From: an uncultured Clostridia bacterium
Lineage (GTDB): Bacteria; Bacillota; Clostridia; TANB77; CAG-465
Assembly: GCA_944388585.1 (NCBI GenBank)
Contig: CALXJI010000007.1
Span: 7,276 to 71,275 of the forward strand
DNA length: 64,000 nt
Direction: 5' to 3'
Below are positions 30,056-39,819 of this stretch, piece by piece (the first letter of the stretch is position 1; the number at the start of each line of letters is the position of its first letter). Made by a program: the position numbers and the translations under genes. The notes beneath the pieces are model-generated. The model did no database searches. It saw only the letters and a list, made by a program, of their open reading frames with translations, and was not told the origin of the DNA.

Positions 30056-32452
30056 ATGTACAAGCTTGGAGATAAAATAATAGATAACTGTGGAAATAAA
30101 GCAATGTTTCTGTCTATGTTAAAGACTAAAGGATATAATGTACCGTTAGGGGTAGTAATTGACTTTGATGAATTTAAATATATGATTAAAGAACAAAAAC
30201 TTAATTTTGAAACGATAGATAAGATAGAAATACCAGATTCAATTTTAGATAAGATATTTAGTGTAGTTCCAAGTAATAAAAGATATGCAATAAGGAGTAG
30301 TGCAAATATAGAAGATAGTAGAAATTTTTCGCTTGCTGGACGATATACTACTTTTTTAAATGTTGAATTTGAAAGAGAATGTTTAAAAGATAAAATAAAG
30401 AATTGCTTTTTATCTTTATATAATGAAGAAAATTTACAATTTTATAGGAAGAATAAAATAGATATAAATAAAGTTGAAATGAGCGTTATTGTTCAAGAAA
30501 TGATCGAAAGTAATGTAAGTGGTATATTATTTACAGTAAATCCAACAAACGGAAAAGATACAGAAGTTATAATAGAGTTTTCTAAAGGATATGGAGATGT
30601 AGTTAAAGGCAAAACTGTTCCAGAAAGAATAGTATATGATTGGATGATAGAAAAGTATGTTGAAGAACCTAAAATAAATATATTAGGAGACTTAGCAATA
30701 AAAAGAATTATTAATATATCACTTTCACTTCAGCAGGAATTGGGTTTTCCTATAGATGTAGAGTTTGGTGTATATGATTCTAAACTTTATATTTTTCAAG
30801 TAAGACCAATAACTAAAATAGAGCATAAAGATATATATTATAGATTTACTAATTGTAATTTTGAAAATATAAGTGTACTTTCTACTGTTATGACATCTTT
30901 AAATATACCATTATACGCTAATACAACAATTAGTTTTATTAAAGCTTTGAAAGTTATAAATGAATCAGATATATTAAAGCCAATTTTATTTAATAAATTT
31001 TCAAGATTATATTGGAATTTAACATTACTAAAAAAAATATTAGAAAATATACCTGGATACATAGAAAGATATTTAGACGACTATATGGGTGTAAGAATAG
31101 ACTATTTAGATAATGGATTTGAAAATTTAAATGCTTCTAAAGGATTTTTTAAATCTTTTGCTAAAAAGAATATAATAGATAATTTAAAGAAGCAGTTAAT
31201 TAATGTTGAAGAATATAGAAAAAATAAAATAGAAGAAATACATAATATAAAAGAGATTGAAAATGATGTTGAAAGAATGAAAAAATCGTTTGAAATATTT
31301 TTAGACATTAAAAGTGTATATATATGGCAATGTTTTACAAATATAATTTATAAAATAAATTTAAATAAAGATCTTAGCAATGTATTAAATAAAACAGAGT
31401 TTAGAAATTTATTTTTAGCGGTGGATGATAAATATAAAAATGGTCCATATTTACATATGTGGGACTCTTCAAGAAAAATAAGAAAAGATAAGCAAAAGAT
31501 GAAATTTTTTGAAGAAAATTTAGATGCAGAGATATTTTACTTATATAGAAAAGATAGAAATAATCCTAATATTAAAGAATTTTTAACAGATTTTATTGAT
31601 TTATTTGGATATCATTCTTTTGATGAAACAGATATAATTTATAAAACGTATGATGAAGAAATACTTAAAGTTATAAAGATGTATAGGGATATATTAGAAC
31701 TTGACGATAAATATGATCCTTTAAAAGAATTTAAAAGGCAAAATAAGCTTTATGAGCAATCTATAGAAAAGATAAATGAAAATTTAAAGAAAAATCAAAT
31801 TAAAAATATTATGAAAGAAATTGAATTTGTACGTGAGTTAATAAAAAGAGAAAATTCCTTAAAAGATTTGGTATTGTTTTCGCAAAATCTATTAAGAAAA
31901 GAACTTTTAAAACTAGGGCTAAATTACAAAAATAAATTTTATTTAGAAAATGATGAGGATATTTTTTATCTAGACTATAAAGATATATTAAATAGTATGA
32001 TAGATAATAATTTAGATGCATTAAAACAAAGAGTTAATAAGAATAAAATGTATTATAATTCATTTAGAAATTATATACCACAAAGTGAAATTTTCCCGTG
32101 TCAAAAGCAAATAATACAAGTCGATTGCAATAAAAAATTTAAAGGAATTGGAGCAAGTTTTGGAAAAACGAAAGCAAGAGCATGTATTGTTGATAGTAAG
32201 GAAGATTTAAGAAATTTAAAAAAATCAGATATACTAGTTACTAAATATATAGATCAAGAAATTTTTAAAAAGATAAATATTATGGAGCTTTCTGGTATAG
32301 TTACTGAGTTTGGTGGAATGTTGTGTCATTTAGCTATAAATGCTAGAGAAAATAGAATACCATGTGTTGTGGGATTAAAAGACGCCACTCAAGTTATAAA
32401 AACTGGAGAAGAGATAATGATAAATGGAGATACTGGAGAAGTTATAATTTAG
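30056..32452 (+). CDS. PEP-utilizing-enzyme family kinase: PPDK-N ATP-grasp domain plus C-terminal phosphohistidine swivel domain (Rph/PEP-synthase-like; no PEP-binding TIM barrel)
   Basis: N-terminal GNKAMFLSMLKTKGYNVPLGVVI. C-terminal mobile domain GGMLCHLAINARENRIPCVVG with the His. About 800 aa, matching the rifampin-phosphotransferase-like architecture. Confidence 0.75.
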   Translation: MYKLGDKIIDNCGNKAMFLSMLKTKGYNVPLGVVIDFDEFKYMIKEQKLNFETIDKIEIPDSILDKIFSVVPSNKRYAIRSSANIEDSRNFSLAGRYTTFLNVEFERECLKDKIKNCFLSLYNEENLQFYRKNKIDINKVEMSVIVQEMIESNVSGILFTVNPTNGKDTEVIIEFSKGYGDVVKGKTVPERIVYDWMIEKYVEEPKINILGDLAIKRIINISLSLQQELGFPIDVEFGVYDSKLYIFQVRPITKIEHKDIYYRFTNCNFENISVLSTVMTSLNIPLYANTTISFIKALKVINESDILKPILFNKFSRLYWNLTLLKKILENIPGYIERYLDDYMGVRIDYLDNGFENLNASKGFFKSFAKKNIIDNLKKQLINVEEYRKNKIEEIHNIKEIENDVERMKKSFEIFLDIKSVYIWQCFTNIIYKINLNKDLSNVLNKTEFRNLFLAVDDKYKNGPYLHMWDSSRKIRKDKQKMKFFEENLDAEIFYLYRKDRNNPNIKEFLTDFIDLFGYHSFDETDIIYKTYDEEILKVIKMYRDILELDDKYDPLKEFKRQNKLYEQSIEKINENLKKNQIKNIMKEIEFVRELIKRENSLKDLVLFSQNLLRKELLKLGLNYKNKFYLENDEDIFYLDYKDILNSMIDNNLDALKQRVNKNKMYYNSFRNYIPQSEIFPCQKQIIQVDCNKKFKGIGASFGKTKARACIVDSKEDLRNLKKSDILVTKYIDQEIFKKINIMELSGIVTEFGGMLCHLAINARENRIPCVVGLKDATQVIKTGEEIMINGDTGEVII

Positions 32453-32496
32453 AAAAATTATTTATTATCATATATTTTTAATAAGGAGGTTTATAT

Positions 32497-34398
32497 ATGA
32501 AAAAGAAACTTAGGAGTGGTATTTTATTTGTATTTTTGTTTATTTCTATTTCTTTTTTTAGTGATAAAATATTAGCAGCAAATTTAAAATTGAATGACTT
32601 AAAATTTGAAATAACAGTAAACGAAGATGCTAGTATGAATGTTACTGAGATATGGGATATAAAAATAAAAGATACAAATACTTTATTTAAAACTTTTAAA
32701 AAAGATATAGATAAATATACTAGAATAACTGATGTTATTGTTACTAATATGGAAACAAATACTAAATTAAAAGAAATTGATGAATATATGTACCATGTTA
32801 CTAATAATAGCTATTATGGTTTAGATACTAATAATAATGAATTTGAAATAGCATGGGGTGTTGGACTTGAAAATTCATCAGATACTAGACAATATAAAAT
32901 AGAGTATAAAGTTGAAGATGCTATAGCACTTCATGGGGATTGTGCCGAATTATATTGGCAATTGATAGGTAATGATTTTGAAATTCCTATTAAAAATATT
33001 GAAGGAAAAATAACATTGCCAGGTAATATTAATAAAAGTGATATAAGAGTATGGGGACACACAGAAACTTTAAATGGGATTATTAATGCAACAGATGATG
33101 GAAATATTGAATTTAAACTTGAAAATATTCCACAAAATAATATGGTAGAAATAAGGTCTACTTTTCCAAAAGATGTAATAGTATCTTCTAAAAGAACAGA
33201 TGACATACCTAAAATAGAGAGTATAGTTAGAGAAGAAACAGCATGGGCAAATTCAGCTAATGAACGTAGAGAAGAAAGACAAAGCTATGAAAGAAAGGTA
33301 TTAATAGGTTCTTTAATAGGTGCTTGTATAATATTTGCTATTGAAATAAGATATATGATAAAAGTTATACGCCATGCAAAAGAAAATAAACTTTTACCTA
33401 CTTTAGATGTAGACTATTATAGAGATTTACCAAGAGAAGATGCAACACCAGCTCAAGCATATTCTTTAATAGATAGAAATTTGTATAAAAATTATATAGA
33501 CTTAGAAAATGTATTTCCAGCCACATTAATGGATTTAAATATAAAAAAATATTTAATTTTTGAAGTGTTAAAAGATGAAAAAAATAAAGAAGACATAATT
33601 ATAAGATTAACAGATAATACAAATATTGATGTGTTACAAGAAGATGAAAAAGCAATATATGAATTTATTAAAGAGGCAATAGATTCAACCGCCGAAAAAC
33701 AAATTAATATTAAAAAATTACAAAATTATATAGAAAGACATACAAGTAAAATATTTAATTTAAAAGAAAAGATCTTTAAAATACTAATAGAATTCTTTAA
33801 AAAGAATGATTATATTAAAGAGCAAGAATATAAAATGGCAAAAAGAATAAATAATATGACATTGTTTACTTTTTTAAGTATGGTATATTATCCGGTAATA
33901 GTGCTAAGTTTAGAAATTACATCTTTTTTGTCAGGTAGATATGTACTTGGTGGATATTTTATAATTCAAATAATAATTTTAATTATATATGGTAAAATAA
34001 ATAAAAGATTCAATATTTTTACACAAAAAGGTGTGGACGAAGTAAATAAATGGGAAGGCTTAAAAAAATTCATGGAAGATTTTTCTCAAATGGATAAAAA
34101 AGACTTACCATCTATAGTAATATGGGAAAAATATCTTGTATATGCAACAGCTTTTGGAATGGCAGATAAAGTAATTGAACAATTAAAAATAGTATATCCA
34201 GAAATAAATGATGATGCATATTTTGCAACAACATATTCAACAATGTATCTGGCAACACATACTAATTTTAGTAGTAGTTTTTCAAATGCAGTAAGTTCAT
34301 CAATCTCAAGTGCCACTTCATCTGGTTCAGGTGGAGGTGGAGGCTTCTCCGGCGGAGGCGGCGGAGGAGGCGGAGGCGGTGGTGGTGGAGGTAGATAA
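32497..34398 (+). CDS. DUF2207 family membrane protein with a C-terminal poly-glycine tail
   Basis: Signal peptide, extracellular domain and TM segments; ends in SGSGGGGGFSGGGGGGGGGGGGGGR. Confidence 0.7.
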   Translation: MKKKLRSGILFVFLFISISFFSDKILAANLKLNDLKFEITVNEDASMNVTEIWDIKIKDTNTLFKTFKKDIDKYTRITDVIVTNMETNTKLKEIDEYMYHVTNNSYYGLDTNNNEFEIAWGVGLENSSDTRQYKIEYKVEDAIALHGDCAELYWQLIGNDFEIPIKNIEGKITLPGNINKSDIRVWGHTETLNGIINATDDGNIEFKLENIPQNNMVEIRSTFPKDVIVSSKRTDDIPKIESIVREETAWANSANERREERQSYERKVLIGSLIGACIIFAIEIRYMIKVIRHAKENKLLPTLDVDYYRDLPREDATPAQAYSLIDRNLYKNYIDLENVFPATLMDLNIKKYLIFEVLKDEKNKEDIIIRLTDNTNIDVLQEDEKAIYEFIKEAIDSTAEKQINIKKLQNYIERHTSKIFNLKEKIFKILIEFFKKNDYIKEQEYKMAKRINNMTLFTFLSMVYYPVIVLSLEITSFLSGRYVLGGYFIIQIIILIIYGKINKRFNIFTQKGVDEVNKWEGLKKFMEDFSQMDKKDLPSIVIWEKYLVYATAFGMADKVIEQLKIVYPEINDDAYFATTYSTMYLATHTNFSSSFSNAVSSSISSATSSGSGGGGGFSGGGGGGGGGGGGGGR

Positions 34399-34426
34399 TC
34401 CATCACAAGTCTCAAAAATAGTGCAT

Positions 34427-35413
34427 TTAATATGCACTATTTTTTTTGATCAAATTTTCTAAAATTTCTACTGCATTAGTTGCAGCACCTCTTCTTAGAT
34501 TGTCTGCAACACACCACAAGTTAATACCATTTTCTACGCTAAAGTCTTTACGTATTCTTCCTATATATACTTCATCATTTCCAGATACAAAAGTATTAAT
34601 AGGATATATGTTTCTTTTTGGATCATCTAAGACAATAATACCATTTGTATTATTTAGTAATGTCTTTATATCTTCAATCTTAAAGTTATATTCTAGTTCA
34701 ACATTTATACTTTCACAATGGCAATTTAAAACAGGAACTCTTGCACAAGTGGCTGTTATAGGAAGTTTTGGCTTTCTTAGAATTTTTCTCGTCTCTTCTA
34801 TCATTTTCATTTCCTCTTTTGTATAATTATTATCTAAAAATATATCAATTTGTGGTAAGCAATTGTTAACTATTGGATAGTTGAATTTTGTTGTAGTATT
34901 ATTTTGTAAATCATCTATACCTTTTTTACCAGCTCCTGATACTGCTTGATATGTAGAAAATATAACTCTTTTTAATTTGTATTTATCATCTAATATTTTT
35001 AATGGTAAAACAGCTTGTATTGTAGAACAATTTGGATTTGAAATTATATTAAAATTTTCATATGCAGTATCCATATTTACTTGTGGAACAACAAGAGGGA
35101 CACTTTTATCCATTCTAAAGCAAGAGCTATTATCTATTACTACGCATCCATTTTTAGCAGCTATCTTTGCATATTTTTCAGCTGTGCTAGCACCAGCTGA
35201 AAATAATGCATAATTAAATTTATTATTATCAAAGCTATGTTCTGTAAGTTCTTCAACAATATAATCCTTATTCATAAATTTTATCTTTTTTCCTTTTGAT
35301 TTTTTTGAGGCAAATAATACATAGTTATCTATGTTTAAATTTTTTTCTTCCAGTACTTTTAAAAACATTTGCCCTACTACACCAGTTGCACCTACAATAG
35401 CAACATTAATCAT
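34427..35413 (-). CDS. asd: aspartate-semialdehyde dehydrogenase
   Basis: VAIVGATGVVG NAD(P)-binding motif; active-site Cys in NPNCST; 328 aa. Confidence 0.9.
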   Translation of the reverse strand: MINVAIVGATGVVGQMFLKVLEEKNLNIDNYVLFASKKSKGKKIKFMNKDYIVEELTEHSFDNNKFNYALFSAGASTAEKYAKIAAKNGCVVIDNSSCFRMDKSVPLVVPQVNMDTAYENFNIISNPNCSTIQAVLPLKILDDKYKLKRVIFSTYQAVSGAGKKGIDDLQNNTTTKFNYPIVNNCLPQIDIFLDNNYTKEEMKMIEETRKILRKPKLPITATCARVPVLNCHCESINVELEYNFKIEDIKTLLNNTNGIIVLDDPKRNIYPINTFVSGNDEVYIGRIRKDFSVENGINLWCVADNLRRGAATNAVEILENLIKKNSAY

Positions 35414-35572
35414 AAAATCACCTCAATAGAGTATATTAATTAAAATATATAAATATTACTAATGAAATATATATTAAATATATTCACTTTACATAATTTT
35501 AAATATGTGATATAATATATGCAGTTTTAAAAATACAAATGATATAAAAATTTATAGGAGGTGTAAATAACT

Positions 35573-36409
35573 ATGATTATTAGTTATGAAAAAGAAAATT
35601 TTCTTAAAAGGATATGGAAAGAGATATTTCATAAAAGAGAAGCTTTACCAGTAGCATTGGAATATACACAAAAAGAAGTAACATTAAGATTAGAAGGAAT
35701 ATTAGATTATTTAAAAAATGGTTTTGATTTTAGAAATAAAAGTATTGAAAAATTCGACAATAATATAAGAAATGTAAATATGTATTTTTTTGAAAAAAAT
35801 CAAAAAGATATAGAAAATACTTTAGAAACTTATATTAAAACTGTAGGAAAAAGAAAAGTTAGATTAAATGGTAATATGAAACTTGTATTTAATGATCCAA
35901 TTTTAATACATGATAATGTATTAGAAGTTTTTCCAAATTTAAATATTCCGAAACTTTCAAGAAAAGATTATATTATGCAGATATATTTTAATGCAGTAAA
36001 ATTATTTGCTAGAAAGATGTTAAAAACTAAAAGAATAACAAAGCATACCACTAAGACTATATATTCATATGGAATTAACAGAAGAAGTGTAATAGTCTAT
36101 TGTGGTAGAATATCAAATATAAGCAAAACAGAGTATAAAATATTAAATGATATTTTTGCATATATTATTGCTCAAATTTTGTATGAAGGAAGAGAAAACG
36201 AGCCTTTTACTTTTGAGCTAAGTAATGAGCAAAATAAGCAATTAAAGATGGTAAAATATTATATTTCTAGAAGTTATGTAGATTATGGTCAATTTATACT
36301 AGACTATATGTTATGTAGTGATAGACTTGAAGAGAAAATTGTTAAAAATAATGATATAAATAATTTTAGTGATTTAGAAGAAAAATTAAAAAACAGAATT
36401 AAAAAATGA
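35573..36409 (+). CDS. hypothetical protein
   Basis: 278-aa ORF with an AGGAGG RBS; no recognised motifs. Confidence 0.5.
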   Translation: MIISYEKENFLKRIWKEIFHKREALPVALEYTQKEVTLRLEGILDYLKNGFDFRNKSIEKFDNNIRNVNMYFFEKNQKDIENTLETYIKTVGKRKVRLNGNMKLVFNDPILIHDNVLEVFPNLNIPKLSRKDYIMQIYFNAVKLFARKMLKTKRITKHTTKTIYSYGINRRSVIVYCGRISNISKTEYKILNDIFAYIIAQILYEGRENEPFTFELSNEQNKQLKMVKYYISRSYVDYGQFILDYMLCSDRLEEKIVKNNDINNFSDLEEKLKNRIKK

Positions 36410-36429
36410 GCTTATTAAGCTCATTTTTT
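36405..36429. terminator. bidirectional rho-independent terminator
   Basis: ATGAGCTT-ATT-AAGCTCAT hairpin flanked by an A-run and a T-run, between convergent genes. Confidence 0.65.
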
Positions 36430-36431
36430 TG

Positions 36432-37043
36432 TTATGATATATTTTCTGGATTTACTAGATCAGTTAATATTTTAGGATTTAAATCTATTCTTTTATTGGA
36501 AATTAACCAATCCACTAAAAAAATACAAACAATTATTATTGCTAACTTATTTATAATTTTTTTAGGAAAAAGATTAACAAATTTTTGTATTAGTGGATGA
36601 ATAAAAAATACATAAATTGTTCCAAGTATTCCCCATCCTATTAATATTGGTACAGTAGTATAATTTAATATATTTAAAAATTTACCAGAGTAATTCCACA
36701 TTTCAATACCTAGTATATATTTAAATCCTAATCCACATATAAGCTCAAAAGATCCTAACAAAAGTGAAGCAATAATAAATATAGATGGTATGTTTTTTAC
36801 TGTTGGTTTTGCATCATAAAAACAATAATATAATATTAGAGCCCCAAATCCATAAATTGGACAATAAGGACCAAGCAACATACCTCTTTTTACAATCTTA
36901 CCTACGATTAAAAATACATATCCTGTTTCAATAAAATATCCAACTACAGCTGCAAAAGCAAAAACTAAAACCATTTCAGCAAAAGAAGCTTTATATTTTT
37001 TTTCTACCTTTACTAATTGAAAATTATTTGATGATTTATTCAT
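36432..37043 (-). CDS. PF06541-type polytopic membrane protein (paralog of 7745-8533)
   Basis: Shares YFIETGY...LGPYCPIYGFGALI with the first paralog. Confidence 0.7.
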   Translation of the reverse strand: MNKSSNNFQLVKVEKKYKASFAEMVLVFAFAAVVGYFIETGYVFLIVGKIVKRGMLLGPYCPIYGFGALILYYCFYDAKPTVKNIPSIFIIASLLLGSFELICGLGFKYILGIEMWNYSGKFLNILNYTTVPILIGWGILGTIYVFFIHPLIQKFVNLFPKKIINKLAIIIVCIFLVDWLISNKRIDLNPKILTDLVNPENIS

Positions 37044-37054
37044 AATGTTCCTTT

Positions 37055-37954
37055 CTATATTTTAGCATTAAAATATGATTCGTCTAAAGTTACGCAAATA
37101 TTATTTAAATAATATAGATAATCATTTTCTTTAAAATTAAATGAGTATTTCGTTGCAAATAATAATTGTCTATATTTTCTAAACTTTTTATTTATTTCAT
37201 TTTTTCCATATTTTGAATCTCCAATAATAGGATGGTTTATACTAGAGAGTAGAGCTCTAATTTGATGAGTTTTTCCAGTATGAATCTGTACTTTTAATAT
37301 GGCATAATTTTTTTTGATATACTTTTTTTGTACATAAATATCTGTAATTATTTTTTGTGAACCATTAACAAATTTATTATATATTTTTGAAAATCCTGTT
37401 TTTTCATCTTTTAAAATATAATTTTCATAGTGATAATAATCTTTTGAAAAGTTTGAGTCATAAACATAAGCTACATATTCTTTATTAATATACCCAGTTT
37501 TAAAGGCATTTAAAATAGCATTATATGTAATTTCATTTTTAGCAAATATTATTAATCCTGCTGTATTTGTATCTAATCTATGACATATAAAGATATTATT
37601 ACCTTTAATTTTCTTTATATATTCTTCAAAGCTAGGTTCAAATGTATTAGACTCTTTTTCATAGTTTGATATAACACCTTGAGGTTTATATACAATTAAT
37701 ATATTTTCATCTTCATATGGAATGTATAGTTGTTTAGGAAGCCCAAATAAAATTTCATCAGATAGATATATACATATGATATCATTATTTTTTATTAATG
37801 TGTTATAATCAGAGATTCTTTTATTATTTATCTTTATATCTTTATTTCTAAATATTTTATATATTATGGAAGATTGCAGGTTTGGAAATTTATTTTTTAT
37901 GTAATATATTACCTTTTCTTCCTTCTTTAAATTGTATACTTTAAATTCTCTCAT
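37055..37954 (-). CDS. RluA-family pseudouridine synthase
   Basis: Catalytic motif HRLDTNTAGLIIFAK; N-terminal S4-like region; 299 aa. Confidence 0.85.
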   Translation of the reverse strand: MREFKVYNLKKEEKVIYYIKNKFPNLQSSIIYKIFRNKDIKINNKRISDYNTLIKNNDIICIYLSDEILFGLPKQLYIPYEDENILIVYKPQGVISNYEKESNTFEPSFEEYIKKIKGNNIFICHRLDTNTAGLIIFAKNEITYNAILNAFKTGYINKEYVAYVYDSNFSKDYYHYENYILKDEKTGFSKIYNKFVNGSQKIITDIYVQKKYIKKNYAILKVQIHTGKTHQIRALLSSINHPIIGDSKYGKNEINKKFRKYRQLLFATKYSFNFKENDYLYYLNNICVTLDESYFNAKI

Positions 37955-38147
37955 AGCAAAATTATAGTATAATTTGACGAAAAAATCAATATTGTATAGA
38001 AAAAGTAAGAAATTAAGGATATAATATAACTATATTTTAAACTAGTTCTAGTTAAGAGATCATTTAAAAATGTTTTAAATGTTGAATTTCATAGATTTAT
38101 ATGGTAGAATATACGTTAACATTTTTTAGAAATGGAGTGTGAATATT

Positions 38148-39800
38148 GTGAAAAAGAAAATGATTAGGGTAGCTTTTGAAGATGGAACAGAAATCATGGT
38201 AGAGCCCGAGACTAGAGTAGTAGATGCAATAAAAATGGCAAATATTAAAACTGATGAAGAAATATTAGCTGTAAAAATAAATAATAAAGAAAGATCTATA
38301 TTATATCATTTAATAGAAGATAGTAAATGTGATTTTATAACTTTTAGTACAAGAGAAGGAGAAAGAATTTATAGTAGAAGTCTTAAATTTATATTTTTGA
38401 TGGCACTACATAGATTAAATATAAAATTGCATTTTAAATTTTTAAATAAAACTGGAAGAGATTATTTTGCTTTTGTAAAAGATGGAGAAGTAACAACAAA
38501 TTTAGTAAAAGATATAAAGGCAGAAATGAAACAAATAATTTCTGAAAATATACGTATAATGAAAGAAAAGGGAAGTAGTAGGAGAATCGCCAATTATTTA
38601 GAAAACAAAGATCAAGTACAAAATATTGTCGAATTAAATTTAAATGAAAATTATACTGTATATTATGCAGATGATTTTTATACATATTTATATGGGTCAG
38701 TTGTAATGTATACTGGATGCATAAAGGGATTTGATTTAAGAAAATATAAAAACGGCGTAATTTTAATGCTTCCTGAAAAAGATAATGTAGAAAAAGTAAA
38801 ATATGATATTGAAACTAATAGAATGTTTGAACTTTCTAATAAATTCTCTGAGATATGTAAGGTTACATCTGTTGAAACTGTTAATGATTTAAATAGAAAA
38901 ATAGTAGATGATGAAATTGATACAGTTATAAGAAGATCAGAATTATATCATACAAATGAATTTTTTGAAATAACTAAAAGAATAGTAAGAACTAAAAAAG
39001 TAAAAATAGTTATGCTTGCAGGACCGTCTTCTTCAGGAAAGACAACTTCTGCTCAAAGACTTGCAGATACATTAATGGTGAAAAAGAAAAATGCCATAGT
39101 TATTAGCATGGATAATTATTTTAAAGATGAAGGAAATATACCTATTGGAGAAGATGGAAAAGAGGACTATGAATGCTTTGAAAATATTGAAATTGAATTG
39201 TTTAAAAAGCAAATGTTAGATTTACTTAGAGGTAAAAAGGTAATACTTCCTACATTTAATTTTAAGTTACAGAAAAAGGAATTCATTAATGATCCAATTA
39301 GATTAAGAGAAAATGATATTTTAATAATTGAGGGAATACATGCACTAAATCCTAAAGCATCAGAATTTATTCCAAAAGATAAAGTATTTAAATTGTATGT
39401 AGCACCTATGGTAAGCATTAGATTTGATCCTTTTACAATGCTTTCATCTAATGATTTACGACTTATGAGAAGATTTGTAAGAGACAATTCTACAAGAGGT
39501 GTAAGTGTAGAAAAAACTATGGAATTGTGGGAAAAAATAAGAAAAGGCGATGAGAAAAATATATTTCCTTATGTTGAAAGAGCAGATTACATATTAAATA
39601 CCAGTCTAATATATGAATGGGCTGCTTTAAAACCGACTGTAGAAAAATTATTACTAAAAATAAATAATACAAGTATATATTATTCAGAAGCAAGAAGATT
39701 ATTAAATATATTAAAAAATTTTATAGGAATAGGAACAGAATTAATACCAAGTACATCAATACTTAGAGAATTTATTGGCGGAGGATGTTATTTAAGATAA
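38148..39800 (+). CDS. TGS-domain / uridine-kinase-like (PRK family) fusion protein
   Basis: N-terminal ThrRS/TGS-like region; Walker A GPSSSGKTT and PRK-fold motifs (ILIIEGIHALN) in the C-terminal half; GTG start 10 nt after GGAG. Confidence 0.75.
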   Translation: MKKKMIRVAFEDGTEIMVEPETRVVDAIKMANIKTDEEILAVKINNKERSILYHLIEDSKCDFITFSTREGERIYSRSLKFIFLMALHRLNIKLHFKFLNKTGRDYFAFVKDGEVTTNLVKDIKAEMKQIISENIRIMKEKGSSRRIANYLENKDQVQNIVELNLNENYTVYYADDFYTYLYGSVVMYTGCIKGFDLRKYKNGVILMLPEKDNVEKVKYDIETNRMFELSNKFSEICKVTSVETVNDLNRKIVDDEIDTVIRRSELYHTNEFFEITKRIVRTKKVKIVMLAGPSSSGKTTSAQRLADTLMVKKKNAIVISMDNYFKDEGNIPIGEDGKEDYECFENIEIELFKKQMLDLLRGKKVILPTFNFKLQKKEFINDPIRLRENDILIIEGIHALNPKASEFIPKDKVFKLYVAPMVSIRFDPFTMLSSNDLRLMRRFVRDNSTRGVSVEKTMELWEKIRKGDEKNIFPYVERADYILNTSLIYEWAALKPTVEKLLLKINNTSIYYSEARRLLNILKNFIGIGTELIPSTSILREFIGGGCYLR

Positions 39801-39819
39801 ACTAAAGGAGGAGAAAATT

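Noticed and set aside
34086-34415. 109-aa minus-strand ORF with a poly-proline run
   Set aside because: Antisense translation of the GGN-repeat (poly-Gly) tail of the DUF2207 gene. It has no RBS or independent support.
34446-35213. Two plus-strand ORFs (126 aa and 78 aa) inside asd
   Set aside because: They are antisense to a strongly supported aspartate-semialdehyde dehydrogenase gene, with no RBS or known fold.
36406-36600. 64-aa plus-strand ORF
   Set aside because: It lies antisense within the PF06541 membrane protein gene and begins inside the terminator hairpin, so it is spurious.
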